Shown piece by piece: positions 1 through 11,204 of a stretch of 64,000 nt of DNA. A program made the position numbers and the translations under genes. The notes below the pieces were generated by a model. The model made no database searches and had not been told where the DNA came from. It worked only from the letters and a program-made list of their open reading frames with translations. How positions within the stretch are numbered: the stretch's first letter is position 1; each line of letters opens with the position of its first letter. Where the stretch lies: positions 7,795-71,794 of the IMG/VR virus record IMGVR_UViG_3300024336_000009; one strand, written 5' to 3'. This DNA is from a virus.

Positions 1-441
1 CTGTTCAATATATTCGTCAATTTCATCTGCACTGTCATGGTGATGAAATACATCTGGTTCCAATGGAAATAAAATATCACCCTCTTCGATTTCAATATCA
101 CCAAACGATGTACAAGCCTGAATGAAACAATTTATAGAATGTTGTTTTTCAGGATAATCCATTTTCTGTAAGATTATTTCCACATCTGGATATTCCAATT
201 TTGCCATGTTTATTATCCTTTGAGTTTCCTCAAAGTCAAAACCTCTCACTCCATCCAATGTAAATTTCTTTATAAATTCATCATCGACCTGAGTATTACT
301 TTCAGGACCGGCCGGAAACATTCCCTCGTTGTATATTATCACATCCGGTTTTATCGTATTTATCAAATTCGGAATTTGCAATTTAATCAAATGTGCCTCA
401 CAAAATGTTGGTATTATTACCACTCGTTTATTTTTTTTCAT
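1..441 (-). CDS. Partial (3'-truncated by window) glycosyltransferase-like protein
   Basis: ATG at 441 (MKKNKRVVIIPTFCEAHLIKLQIPN...) and open to the window edge; GT-A-like N-terminal strand; glycan-cluster context. Confidence 0.55.
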   Translation of the reverse strand, partial: MKKNKRVVIIPTFCEAHLIKLQIPNLINTIKPDVIIYNEGMFPAGPESNTQVDDEFIKKFTLDGVRGFDFEETQRIINMAKLEYPDVEIILQKMDYPEKQHSINCFIQACTSFGDIEIEEGDILFPLEPDVFHHHDSADEIDEYIEQ

Positions 442-442
442 A

Positions 443-1162
443 TTATATCAAGCTTTCAAATTTTAAATCCACATTAAATACTTCCCTGTCCAGATCAATC
501 ATAAACGACCACCATATCCTTTCAAAAGAATGTGCATACGTCCTTGTATTTAAATAGGCGTGAATAAATTTGTCATATTCAACTCCATACTTTTTGATAT
601 GATGAAATATATCTTCAGACCTAGCCCAAAACATGGCCGCCTGATGAAATTTCCTACTAAGGTGTCTTAATTCATATTTCCCCTTCAATTCATTCATATA
701 TTGTTCTCGTCAACCCCTATGTATTGATCCTGTATAACCTATCATTCCCACATTATCACTTTGCAAAAAATGGTTGTGAATATCTTTAGAATTTAATAAC
801 AACGAATCCAAATTTCTTTCCAGTAGATTTTCATTTTTAAGAGATTGCAATTTTATAATGAAATCATAAACCGGCCCATTTTCAATGATACTTTCCATCA
901 TCTTAAGCGTTCCATATCCATCTTGACCAACATTATTTTCATTGAAAGTATATGTTTTTTCAGCAATGGTTTCCAATGCCGATAAACATTCATCCTTTTT
1001 AGAAAAATCGGGAATTTTTGTCGGGGGGATGGTGTCCAATCCTTCTTCCTTTGGGAAATTTATGTATAAATCAAAATCCAATTCAAACTTTTCAAGCCTC
1101 TTAGCGAATAATGGGTACTGATCAACATACCACATGTGAATCAATATGGCTATCTTACTCAT
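443..1162 (-). CDS. Rhamnan synthesis F-like (RgpF-like) protein, one in-frame TGA (710-712) read as Trp
   Basis: ORFs 710..1162 and 443..697 are in frame across TGA; KIAILIHMWY, YDFIIKLQS and AHSFERIW resemble RgpF-family motifs; ends in TAA. Confidence 0.6.
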
Positions 1163-1592
1163 TTTCTTTTACCCCCTTATCAAATTTTTTGTCTATATTA
1201 TTTTTATTCATTGCCCTGCCCTCATTTGCCACTCGTAACCTCTTTTCATTCCTAATTAGTATATCAATGTCTGGAGTGTCCGATTTCACTTCTTCCAAGC
1301 GAGCTCTATCAGATTCCCCTATATTTACATCATTGAAAATCAAACTATCTAATTCTTCTATAATACCATGTTCATCAAATGTCCTATTTTCCGATATATA
1401 GTCATATTTACCTTTATTAAAAGTATCCACAAATAATTCATCCAATTTTTCTTTTATCAATCCTATCACCATTTCTTGATGTTCAATTTTGGGTGCATTC
1501 CCATCCTTTGTAAAAAAGAAATGCTTTATTCTTTCTGTAATTAATCTGTCCAATAAAGCGGACAATGTGTCTACATTACTAATATATTTCAT
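1155..1592 (-). CDS. DUF4254-like helical protein
   Basis: DTLSALLDRLITERIK resembles the DTIGDLIDKLSI motif of 11969..12274. Confidence 0.5.
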   Translation of the reverse strand: MKYISNVDTLSALLDRLITERIKHFFFTKDGNAPKIEHQEMVIGLIKEKLDELFVDTFNKGKYDYISENRTFDEHGIIEELDSLIFNDVNIGESDRARLEEVKSDTPDIDILIRNEKRLRVANEGRAMNKNNIDKKFDKGVKENE

Positions 1593-2582
1593 TTATACCT
1601 CCCAGTAACTATATAATCCCTTTGTTAATTCGTAACTTGACCAAACCTTTTGGTTCCTTTTTGGTTGAATTTTAGCCCATTCCCACATTTCTAGCAATCC
1701 ATCTTCAAATGAAATATTTTCATTGTAACCTAATATATCCATCGATTTCTGCCAAGTTGAAAACGCCTCATGTACTTCATATCTATTCTCCAAATAAATC
1801 TTTTCTCCAGACCCCATTATATTCAATAATTTTTCAGCAGCATCATTAATAGTTATATTATCCATTCCACCCAAATTTATTATTTGTTGTGATGCTTCTG
1901 GTTTAACTCCAGCATTCCACAATGGTTCCATGCAATTCCCGATATAACTAAATGCCCTCTTTTGGGTACCATCTCCAAACAAAGTTATTGGTTGACTATT
2001 CAAATGTTGATTCATCCATATGCCCAATACATTTCTATACTTATCCCATATATTTTGTTTTTTACCATAAACATTATGTGGCCTCACGATGCAATAATCC
2101 AGACCGTGTTGTTCACGTGCTACCCTTAAATCCATTTCACATGCATATTTGGCAATACCATACGGGTCTATTGGCATGGGAATGTCTTTTTCATCGAATG
2201 GAGCTTTCCCCCTACCGTATGTAGCCATCGACGATGTGAATACGAATCGTTTAATATCGTATTCAATGGCCATATTTATTAATTTCGTAGTAGATATCAA
2301 ATTGTTTTTATAATTATATGACCTCATAAATGGACTCAATCCTTCAGCGGCGTATGCCGCAAAATGGAATATCAAATCAATTTTATGATTTTTGAAAATA
2401 TAATTCAAATTATCATTTATCAAATCTTCCTTATAAAATATCACCGATGAGTTAATATTGTCCAAATACCCACCACTTAAATCGTCAATGCCTATTATAG
2501 CATGACCAGGATGATTATCAGTTATCCAATCCGCCAGATTTGATCCTAACAACCCAGCCACTCCAGTTATTAAAATATTCAT
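1593..2582 (-). CDS. NAD-dependent epimerase/dehydratase (GalE-like extended SDR)
   Basis: ITGVAGLLG Rossmann motif, FTSSMATYG, YGIAK (YxxxK), RPHNVYG. Confidence 0.9.
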   Translation of the reverse strand: MNILITGVAGLLGSNLADWITDNHPGHAIIGIDDLSGGYLDNINSSVIFYKEDLINDNLNYIFKNHKIDLIFHFAAYAAEGLSPFMRSYNYKNNLISTTKLINMAIEYDIKRFVFTSSMATYGRGKAPFDEKDIPMPIDPYGIAKYACEMDLRVAREQHGLDYCIVRPHNVYGKKQNIWDKYRNVLGIWMNQHLNSQPITLFGDGTQKRAFSYIGNCMEPLWNAGVKPEASQQIINLGGMDNITINDAAEKLLNIMGSGEKIYLENRYEVHEAFSTWQKSMDILGYNENISFEDGLLEMWEWAKIQPKRNQKVWSSYELTKGLYSYWEV

Positions 2583-3457
2583 TATTCTTTTCCTTTCTTT
2601 AAATAAATTTCACCATCTATAAAATTGCCACCCAATGGATATTGCCGTTGTACCGAATAAACATCCGTATATCTGGGTAATGTATCCAATACTCCACATT
2701 GATTTCCGATATTCAATTTGGCCTTAGATCGTATGTACAATTGAATTCTAATATCAACGTGCCTCAAATCCATAGCCGGATTTACATAATCGAAATTTCC
2801 GTCTTGTATATCCGTTGGAGCTAGATAAAAATATGGCATTTCATTATCCATTAACAATTTATCTATCAATTGTATATCGGCGTCATCGTGTCTATTGGAT
2901 ATCAGTAAACCGCCAAATTCGTTGTCCCCCACACCAGCTTGGATTATTTCATCACCAAGTTGTTTCTCCTGATCAGACCAATACATTTCTGGTTGAGCAT
3001 CAACCATCTCATCGCCCTCAAATTGCCAAAACTTTAACATCTGTTTAACCAATGGCGTATCAATTTGATTATAAATTCTATAATGATCATGGAATATATC
3101 ACCTTTGGTTGGGTATGCATACTCATCAACATATGGATTATTATCAAAAACCACATGACCCATATTATAAGGATCACTCCAGCTGGGCCAATTCCGTTTC
3201 ATGTCACCAAACACATCTTCAAACCAATCTTTTGTGGGCACTGTGACCTTGCAATTCGGGTACTTTTCTTTTAACAATCGGGGCATCGCTGATATTATCG
3301 ACCAGTCCCCAAATCCAAACGCCGTACGGCATACTACAAATTCCCCATTCTGTAAATATTCATCTGGGATATATGATGCATCATCCTCTGGGAATCCCAG
3401 TTGGTTTACTTCTCCAGCCGAGAATAATTTATTACCTATTATTCTGAAAAATATCAT
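2582..3457 (-). CDS. Glycosyltransferase family 9-like protein
   Basis: GFGDWSIISAMPRLLKEKYPNCKVTV and SKAKLNIGNQCG resemble GT9 motifs. Confidence 0.6.
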   Translation of the reverse strand: MIFFRIIGNKLFSAGEVNQLGFPEDDASYIPDEYLQNGEFVVCRTAFGFGDWSIISAMPRLLKEKYPNCKVTVPTKDWFEDVFGDMKRNWPSWSDPYNMGHVVFDNNPYVDEYAYPTKGDIFHDHYRIYNQIDTPLVKQMLKFWQFEGDEMVDAQPEMYWSDQEKQLGDEIIQAGVGDNEFGGLLISNRHDDADIQLIDKLLMDNEMPYFYLAPTDIQDGNFDYVNPAMDLRHVDIRIQLYIRSKAKLNIGNQCGVLDTLPRYTDVYSVQRQYPLGGNFIDGEIYLKKGKE

Positions 3458-4182
3458 TATTTACCACTATGCTTTCCAATGTTTACAAAATGATTATTAT
3501 GTCTAGAATCACCATCAATATAATTGAATTTCAAATTGTCTTTCCATGCAATATAATTGAAGCTTAACTGTTCCCGCTTGCTATTATACTTTAAAAATTT
3601 CCAATGGTTTTCCATACTGTGAACAATATCATCTTCATTGTGTTTTCTCAGTACTTCCATTTGTACAACCAACCCATTATTTTTAGGATATCCATCATTT
3701 CTAAATATGCCCATTTGTTTTTTGATTAGGTCTGGATTGTCTTTGTAATTACCCATTCCTTTTTCTGGAGTTTTCCCCATATTTATTTCTCCAAATTCCA
3801 AAATAACACGGGCTTCTTCATAAATACAATCTCTAGGATCAAGTGCATTTTGATTATGGTTATAAGTGGCATAATTACAATCATCAATATTGGGTAACAA
3901 TTCATTAACATCGCCGACTACTCTAATATTACCATCAATCCAAAAACTATATTCATATTCCGGCAAATATCTATGAGTTAATAATTTATGTTTGCGAGCC
4001 GTTCTTGTATTATCTGAATATAATGCTGGAGTATATCGTATATCCCAATTATCAGATTTCAAATCCCTGTCAGAAAAACACACAAAATCCCAACCTTCAG
4101 GCTTGAATGTTGGTTCTACCAATACATCATACCCACCTATAATAGCGGTATATATTACTTTATTATTTGTCACGTTTGCCAC
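3457..4182 (-). CDS. DUF616/TOD1-like glycosyltransferase
   Basis: VIYTAIIGGYD, YSFWIDGN, RDCIYEEA, REQLSFNY motifs. Confidence 0.8.
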   Translation of the reverse strand: MANVTNNKVIYTAIIGGYDVLVEPTFKPEGWDFVCFSDRDLKSDNWDIRYTPALYSDNTRTARKHKLLTHRYLPEYEYSFWIDGNIRVVGDVNELLPNIDDCNYATYNHNQNALDPRDCIYEEARVILEFGEINMGKTPEKGMGNYKDNPDLIKKQMGIFRNDGYPKNNGLVVQMEVLRKHNEDDIVHSMENHWKFLKYNSKREQLSFNYIAWKDNLKFNYIDGDSRHNNHFVNIGKHSGK

Positions 4183-4852
4183 TCCTTATTTCTCTCCATC
4201 CACCTTGTTTAATATGATGAACATAACAAGTCCCAACCACTATGGAATGACCAACTCGAGACTGTGATTCCACGTCTTGACCGCCCCAAGCCTTTTCCGG
4301 ATCAGTGCTAAAGAAATTGTCTTCATCATAATAATTGGATGTTATAGTTTCTCTGGTCATGCCCATGCAAAACCCATTTAATTCTTTTGTGGGAGTTCCT
4401 TCAACTTCAAAAATTTGTCCCGTTGGTGCTGAAGCTTTTTGGTGTTGATTATTCGGAGCGTTACTCACCGGACCATACATAGCATTATCATTTAATGGGT
4501 GTGATCGTATTACTTCAATAAAACTATTAATGGAATCGTCAATGATTTCATCGTCTTCGGTAATTATAACAATATCACATTCATCAGCCAATGCCAATTT
4601 TATTCCATCGTTCCAAGTCCCAGTGACACCCCTCACGTATTGATCATCAACTCTAATTATTTTCATATTTTCAACATCATTTTCAATTTCAAATTTGTCA
4701 GTCGATCCATTGTCAAACACATATAATATAAATGGATATTCACATGATAAAAATAGTGATTGCACAAAGTCATTAAATAATTCAAACCCATTTGGTCTGT
4801 GGGCATCACTCTGATGTATTGTACATACAAATCCTACTTTTTTACTTGTCAT
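4163..4852 (-). CDS. Glycosyltransferase family 2
   Basis: VFDNGSTD, TWNDGI, ITEDD, YVHH. Confidence 0.75.
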   Translation of the reverse strand: MTSKKVGFVCTIHQSDAHRPNGFELFNDFVQSLFLSCEYPFILYVFDNGSTDKFEIENDVENMKIIRVDDQYVRGVTGTWNDGIKLALADECDIVIITEDDEIIDDSINSFIEVIRSHPLNDNAMYGPVSNAPNNQHQKASAPTGQIFEVEGTPTKELNGFCMGMTRETITSNYYDEDNFFSTDPEKAWGGQDVESQSRVGHSIVVGTCYVHHIKQGGWREIRSGKRDK

Positions 4853-4867
4853 AAAACTTCCTCAATT

Positions 4868-5587
4868 TTAATTAATCTCATTGCGAATTCCCTTTTTACC
4901 AACCGCGGTGTATCAAGAATCCACATATCTGATACCTTTTTTCTCATCATATAATATATCTTTAAAATCATATCCCAATCTCAAAAAAATATTAGTAAAC
5001 TCAATTTCAGTATTAATAGCCACCATCTTATCAGGGAAGAATCCATCCAATCCACCAAAATCCCCATGTGGCAACTTACCTTCAACTGAATCAATTTCAT
5101 CTAAATATTTTTTATGAGTTAATCCACACCCATTAAAAACATGGGAATTTTCATGATCAGTATTGATGCCATTGGGAGTAATAAAAGCGACCTTATCAGT
5201 TGGATCATTTAACGATTTATTTAATTCATCGTAACAATCCTTATACCACAACGGCTTATTCAAAATAATATCATCTTCTGTAAAAAATCAATACTCATAT
5301 TCATTTTTAAATTTTTGATACGCGGCATTATATGCCCCATAAGAAATTCCCAGATTTTCTCTATTAATAACGCGAATTTTACCATTTTTTGAAGATTTAC
5401 CATCTATTGATTTTAAAAATTCATCACATTGTTGATTTCCATATTCATTATTAACTACAATGATATCAAATGGAATGCCACCATCCACCTTTTTATGAGT
5501 TTCATAAATATATTTTAATAATTTCATTGGATAATAATACCACGGCCGCATATCCTTTCGTCTGGGGCCGGCGTAAAATGCTATCAC
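4868..5587 (-). CDS. GT-A-like protein or domain with TGA=Trp at 5288 and 4913; possibly fused to the upstream reductase through TGA 5612
   Basis: Fragments join in frame giving YEY-W-FFTEDDIIL and RENLGISYGAYN; terminates at TAA 4868-4870. Confidence 0.65.
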
Positions 5588-5611
5588 GTGACAACATTTC
5601 GGGGATTTATC

Positions 5612-6319
5612 TCAATTGGAGTTTTCATCATCTCCCATAAATTTCCTTAATTTCGTTAAGTCCATGCTCACATCGGATGGCATAGTATAATGAAATTTCT
5701 CATTGATAGGCATAACGTCCGGTTTGGTTTTTTTGGCCAAATCGTACATAGTTTTCAATTTGGTCCCGACATTATATACTCCATCGGCTTCACCTTCAAT
5801 TAAATCTACCATAATTTTAGCTACTTCATTCACATAATCGAAATTTCCAATTTGATTTATATATGCACCATCATATTCAAATGGAGTTTCCTTATGAGTT
5901 CCCCTAATTAATAAATAATTGGGCATTTTCAATTGAATATACGCGTCTGATAATAATTTGGTGTATCCGTACCAATTTTCACAATGGACTGGAACGTCAC
6001 TTTCTGATGCATTTGATTCTGAATTGGAGTAGATATAATCAGTTGAAATATGTACTAATTTCTGATCCATATTCCGCATATAATCTACCAGATCAACAAC
6101 ACCCTTATAATTCACATCCCAGTGAGTACCGCGGGATTTGTCATATGTATTACAATACGCGATACAATTGACAACTGTACTATAATCCTTTACATATTTG
6201 GAATATGTATTGATATCAGCAAAATCAATTCCATCATTTTTTCGGCTCACATAATCCCAGCCAGTTATTCTCCTCAGTTCAGACCCTAACAACCCGTCAC
6301 CCAATATTAATGGTGCCAT
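5612..6319 (-). CDS. RmlD-like NDP-4-keto-6-deoxysugar reductase (domain)
   Basis: ILGDGLLG, HISTDYIY, YGYTK; ends at a TGA that is in frame with the next ORF. Confidence 0.8.
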   Translation of the reverse strand: MAPLILGDGLLGSELRRITGWDYVSRKNDGIDFADINTYSKYVKDYSTVVNCIAYCNTYDKSRGTHWDVNYKGVVDLVDYMRNMDQKLVHISTDYIYSNSESNASESDVPVHCENWYGYTKLLSDAYIQLKMPNYLLIRGTHKETPFEYDGAYINQIGNFDYVNEVAKIMVDLIEGEADGVYNVGTKLKTMYDLAKKTKPDVMPINEKFHYTMPSDVSMDLTKLRKFMGDDENSN

Positions 6320-6320
6320 T

Positions 6321-7469
6321 TTAATACTCCTCTTCTATAAATTTGTTCACCCAATATACAACATAATCTATATCGTCATCGGTCATACCGTTATGGCATG
6401 GAAGTGATATTAATTTCAACCATTCCGTATCGGCCACTGGATATTCTCTACTCGATTTTAATAATTCATATTGATGTAATGGTTTGAAATGTACCGATGT
6501 ATGAATTTTCTTATCCGCCAAGTAATTGATTAAATCGTCTCTATTGCTACCAGAGTACCCAGAACCATCTGGAGCGGTATTTCTTTTATCTTCCAATCGC
6601 ATACAATAATATTGAACTGTGTCACTATATGGCGGTTTGATGCCACTTGGGAGTATCTCAGTATTATACCGTTCCTGAATGTGTCTCCTAGTATCTAAGA
6701 ATTTTGGTAATTTTTTCATTTGAGACAATCCCAATGCCGCATACATATCGGTCATATAATATTTATACCCCAATGTATCGACATTATAATCCCAAGCGTA
6801 ACCGGGTCTTGTTCCAGCGGAATCGGCCGCTCTGCTCCAAGTTGAAGTTACACCAAACCATAACATTTGTCTAATCTTATTTGCCAGTTCGGTATCATTT
6901 AATGTAATCATTCCCCCATCACCAATTGGTAGGGTTTTAACCGCTTGAAATGACCACACCGCCACGTCGCCTTTCATCCCCGCACCGGGAGTATAACAGC
7001 TATGCGCACAGTCTTCAATTATAAATCCCCCAAATACCTTTCTGATGTCATCTATTGGTGCTGGAACTCCTGCCATATTTACAGCTATAACAACTTCCGT
7101 ATTTGGTTTTTTCCATTTTTCTACTTCTTCGGCGGTAATGTTTAAATTGATTCTATCGACATCTACAATATTTGATGTGCAGTTATTCCATAATGGTATC
7201 TCTGCCGTAGCCACAAATGAGATTGTAGGATTGATAATATCTATTCCATTAAACCCCATAGCTTTCATAATCAAGTCCTGACCATGTGAATTGCTTGTTA
7301 CAGCAATCGCGTGTTTAGCACCAACCATTTCTGCAAATGCACTTTCAAATTCATCAACTTTGGGACCCTTGCCCCACCAACCACTTAAAATAACTTCCCG
7401 TAGTGCCTGAACATCGTCTTCGTCACCGTACGGCCCGAGCACTTTCAATGGGGTTTCTCTAATATTCAT
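6321..7469 (-). CDS. DegT/DnrJ/EryC1/StrS PLP-dependent sugar aminotransferase
   Basis: IIEDCAHS, SFQAVKTL (PLP lysine), GDGGMI, ISLPCH. Confidence 0.92.
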   Translation of the reverse strand: MNIRETPLKVLGPYGDEDDVQALREVILSGWWGKGPKVDEFESAFAEMVGAKHAIAVTSNSHGQDLIMKAMGFNGIDIINPTISFVATAEIPLWNNCTSNIVDVDRINLNITAEEVEKWKKPNTEVVIAVNMAGVPAPIDDIRKVFGGFIIEDCAHSCYTPGAGMKGDVAVWSFQAVKTLPIGDGGMITLNDTELANKIRQMLWFGVTSTWSRAADSAGTRPGYAWDYNVDTLGYKYYMTDMYAALGLSQMKKLPKFLDTRRHIQERYNTEILPSGIKPPYSDTVQYYCMRLEDKRNTAPDGSGYSGSNRDDLINYLADKKIHTSVHFKPLHQYELLKSSREYPVADTEWLKLISLPCHNGMTDDDIDYVVYWVNKFIEEEY

Positions 7470-7471
7470 TT

Positions 7472-8317
7472 TTAATCCTTTTCCAATTCAAAATCTTTAT
7501 AATTTTCATTTTGCCTATTTTTTGATATTAACCAATTTCCAGCAACAACCGTATCCATATCTATCCATTCCTGTATCTTTGGATTTCCACATCCATTATA
7601 TTTCAAAAATATCTGGCAGTCTCCACGCTTCATATCGATTGGAACATCAGCGTATTCCCACTTGGGTTCTCCAGTTTTAGAACCTGGAGTATGGAAATGA
7701 TTATATTTTAATTCAGTTCTCCAATTTTCATATCCCAATTCCAATAATTGTAAATTAATACACGCGTTTGGAACTGTCATCATATGCTCATCATATCTCA
7801 AATTATGTTCTCTAATAATATCACCCGATATCAATGTAATTCCATCAGACCAATAAACTTCAAAAGTATCCCTGTCCACAATCTTTAACGATTCGATGGT
7901 GTGTGCTTTTTGAGGATTATACGACCGTTGTTTACCATGCAATCTTGTCCCAAGTGCACCACAATTATCTATATCTTTATATACTGAAATCATTTTCTCC
8001 AACCACAATTCCGTTGTAATAACCAAATCATCCTCTTGATACAAATACCAATCATGATCTTCGATATATTCCATCCCTACATTCATAGCATGTGAAATAT
8101 GACCCCCTGGAGAAGATTCCATTTTTATAACATTTGGATAATCAAAATCATACTCATAAAATTCACGACTTGGGAATGATCCATTTTTTACTAACACCGT
8201 AGTTATTTCTACATTTTCATTTGAATAAACAGAATCCAGTACCATTTTTAACAAATGCATTCTACCAGCCGTTGTTGGTATTACAATCAATACTTTATCC
8301 TTCAAATTAAACCTCAC
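7472..8317 (-). CDS. Glycosyltransferase family 2-like protein
   Basis: LIVIPT, AMNVG, YQEDD. Confidence 0.6.
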   Translation of the reverse strand: MRFNLKDKVLIVIPTTAGRMHLLKMVLDSVYSNENVEITTVLVKNGSFPSREFYEYDFDYPNVIKMESSPGGHISHAMNVGMEYIEDHDWYLYQEDDLVITTELWLEKMISVYKDIDNCGALGTRLHGKQRSYNPQKAHTIESLKIVDRDTFEVYWSDGITLISGDIIREHNLRYDEHMMTVPNACINLQLLELGYENWRTELKYNHFHTPGSKTGEPKWEYADVPIDMKRGDCQIFLKYNGCGNPKIQEWIDMDTVVAGNWLISKNRQNENYKDFELEKD

Positions 8318-9275
8318 TTTTTAATAAATTAATATCATTTTTAACCATTTTTTTAATCATTTCTTCCAATGATGTTTTTGGTTCCCATCCCATGATCCGC
8401 TTCGCCTTTGAATAATCTCCCACCAAATTAAATACGTCGGCCGGTCTCATAAATCTTTCATCCTGTTCAACGTATTTTTCCCAATCCGAAATTCCTATTT
8501 CATTAAATGCTATAGTTAGAAATTCCCGCAATGAATATACATTGCCAGTAGATATAACATAATCATCGGGTTTGTCTTGTTGTAACATTAACCACATAGC
8601 TTCAACGTAATCTGGCGCATAACCCCAATCCCGTTTTGTATCAAGATTGCCCAAATATATTTTATATTCCAATCCCAAATGTATGCGTGCAATACCATCT
8701 GTGATCTTACGAGTAACAAATTCTACCCCACGCCTCTCCGATTCGTGATTAAATAAAATGCCGGAAGCCGTAAACATATCATACGATTCTCGATAATTGG
8801 TAGTTATTCAATGACCATACAATTTTGCCACGCCGTATGGACTTCGTGGGTAAAACTGGGTTTTTTCATTTTGTGGAGTTTCCACATTTCCACCAAACAT
8901 TTCAGATGTAGACGCCTGATAAAATTTTATATTTTTATCATATTCCCTAATAACTTCTAACATCCTTAACACTCCTAAAGCGTTTATGTCTCCCGTATTT
9001 TCTGGAGTATTCCAGCTTTCACCAACAAATGACATTGCCCCCAGATTATATATTTCATCGGGATTGGATTCTCTAACACATCTATACAATGAATTTTGAT
9101 CAGATAAATCACCATTGATAAATGTTATTTTTCCTTCCAAATGATTTGTATTTAATCTATTTTTTCCCGAAGATCGGCGTTCCATTCCATACACCCCATA
9201 CCCTTTGGTTAAAAGGAAATCGGCCAAATAACTACCATCCTGACCATTTATTCCAGTAATTAATGCTCTTTTCAT
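8307..9275 (-). CDS. gmd: GDP-mannose 4,6-dehydratase, in-frame TGA (8808-8810) at a conserved Trp
   Basis: [55 protein letters not shown]. Confidence 0.95.
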
Positions 9276-9276
9276 T

Positions 9277-10503
9277 TTATCGTTTGCCCCCTATAACTTC
9301 AAATTTAGGACATGGAACTATAAACTTTCCACCGGCATTCAAATACTCACTTTCCCTTTTAACAAATTCATTAATGAAATGCCATGGTAAAACCAGCATA
9401 TAATCTGGATTTACTTTTCTCATTTCCTCTTCAGAATAAATTGGTATGTTTGTTCCAACCGTTTTTAATCCGAATTTATATGGGCTCCTCTCAGCTATTC
9501 CATCTATAAGGGTGTTGTCTAATCCACACCATTGCAATAAAGTATTCCCTTTAGTTGACGCCCCGTAGCCCCAAATTACTTTACCTTCGGATTTGGCCTT
9601 TTTGATAAATTCTACAGTTTGATCTCGCAATTCACAAATTTTATCATAAAATTCCAAATACGGTTCGGGTGTGGTTATTTTCAATTCAGATTCTTTTGCC
9701 AAAATACTTTCTATTCTATATCTTGCAACATCACGGTATGGAGCCGTTTTAAAATTCGATTCCGTAGCTTTATTTTTCCTAATATAAATTCTAAAGCTGC
9801 CCCCATTTATATCATTGAGCTTGCAATCCACTACACTCATGTCAACTTTATCTAGTAAATTAATTATAGATGTGAGATTGTAATAATAGACATGCTCATG
9901 ACATATATTATCAAACGCCAATTGTGTTATCATCAATGGAGTATAGCTCATTTGTAATACAAATAATCCTTCATCATCCATTATTTCATCAATATCTTTT
10001 AAAAATTTTATAGGATCATCCAGATCGTAAAACATGGCAATTGTTGTGATAATTTTTGCCTTTTTATCACCATATTTGCCATTTTTAAAAGATTCGGCTG
10101 TAAAATAATCTTGTATAATTAAATCGGCAAGTTGGGAAGATTCTCTATAATATGAATCGTCAACTGGATCAACCCCAACCGTGATCATATTTGGTGGAGT
10201 AAACTTAAACATTGTACCGTCATTACATGCTATATCAAGATATATATCCCCATCGTTTATTGGAATTAATGTGGGCAACTCTTCGGCCAGCCCTTTTAAT
10301 TCATTTGTCATCGTAGCATTAATTCCAGAACGATACCAATATTTGCCATACATTTTATCGGGATCAGTCGCTGATTCCAACCGAACCGCACCCGTTGATT
10401 CATCCAACATCAATTTTAAAGGTTCTTTCCCACCCCTAGGCTCCTGACCTTCGGTGATAAAATCGGAAACATATATATCTCCTAGTGTAAATAATTCTTG
10501 CAT
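9277..10503 (-). CDS. NDP-hexose C-methyltransferase-like (SAM-dependent)
   Basis: DIACNDGT, FDNICHEH, GGSFR, WGYGASTKGNTLL, LPWHF. Confidence 0.85.
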   Translation of the reverse strand: MQELFTLGDIYVSDFITEGQEPRGGKEPLKLMLDESTGAVRLESATDPDKMYGKYWYRSGINATMTNELKGLAEELPTLIPINDGDIYLDIACNDGTMFKFTPPNMITVGVDPVDDSYYRESSQLADLIIQDYFTAESFKNGKYGDKKAKIITTIAMFYDLDDPIKFLKDIDEIMDDEGLFVLQMSYTPLMITQLAFDNICHEHVYYYNLTSIINLLDKVDMSVVDCKLNDINGGSFRIYIRKNKATESNFKTAPYRDVARYRIESILAKESELKITTPEPYLEFYDKICELRDQTVEFIKKAKSEGKVIWGYGASTKGNTLLQWCGLDNTLIDGIAERSPYKFGLKTVGTNIPIYSEEEMRKVNPDYMLVLPWHFINEFVKRESEYLNAGGKFIVPCPKFEVIGGKR

Positions 10504-10505
10504 AA

Positions 10506-11189
10506 TTAATCTCCTATTGTATAAAAATCGTTTATTTTATAACGATTATTTTTTATGTATCCAATTGAATTCATGTACAATTCAATATTATCATCTTCAT
10601 AATTATTTTCAATTACAAACAATTTTACCCCATATCTATCAATATCAAATCCCCTGATAACATCCAATTCTGTACCTTCGGTGTCTATGGAAATAAAATC
10701 AATTTCTTTGATTTTATCAAATGACGTGCCAGACATTTCATTATCCAAAATTCACGACAATGTCCTCACATTTACATCAACCGTATATTTATCATTAATG
10801 AGATGACCATGATCACGAACAAGTCGTTTGTCTGGAACTAATGAAGTCAATGAAGACATTATATTATTATCACCAACATCAAATATTGTCAATTCTATAT
10901 CATCTTTATTGTCCGATCCACACGCGTAATAACGGATCAATTCCCTATTCCGTTCTAAAGATTCTTTATATTTAATATTAGGTTCTATGCATAGGGTGTT
11001 CCATCCAAGATTTTCAAAATATTTCGTATTCGATCCTCTAATTCCATCGGCGGCACCGACTTCAATGCAAAATCCGTTTGTTCGGTTGGGAAAATATGAT
11101 TCTATTATTTTATCAGTATTCCATTGCCCAAAATACCCACCGCCTTTATAATTTTGTAATTCTTCATTATTTTTATTTACATCATACAT
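10506..11189 (-). CDS. FkbM-family methyltransferase, TGA=Trp at 10752
   Basis: IEVGAADG..SNT, IEPN and IDFISIDTEGTE are joined in frame across the TGA. Confidence 0.85.
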
Positions 11190-11204
11190 ATCATTTATTC
11201 CTTA

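Noticed and set aside
8808-8810. TGA as Gly (code 25) or selenocysteine
   Set aside because: The sites match conserved Trp positions, and an internal paralog has TGG at the aligned codon; none are catalytic Cys sites.
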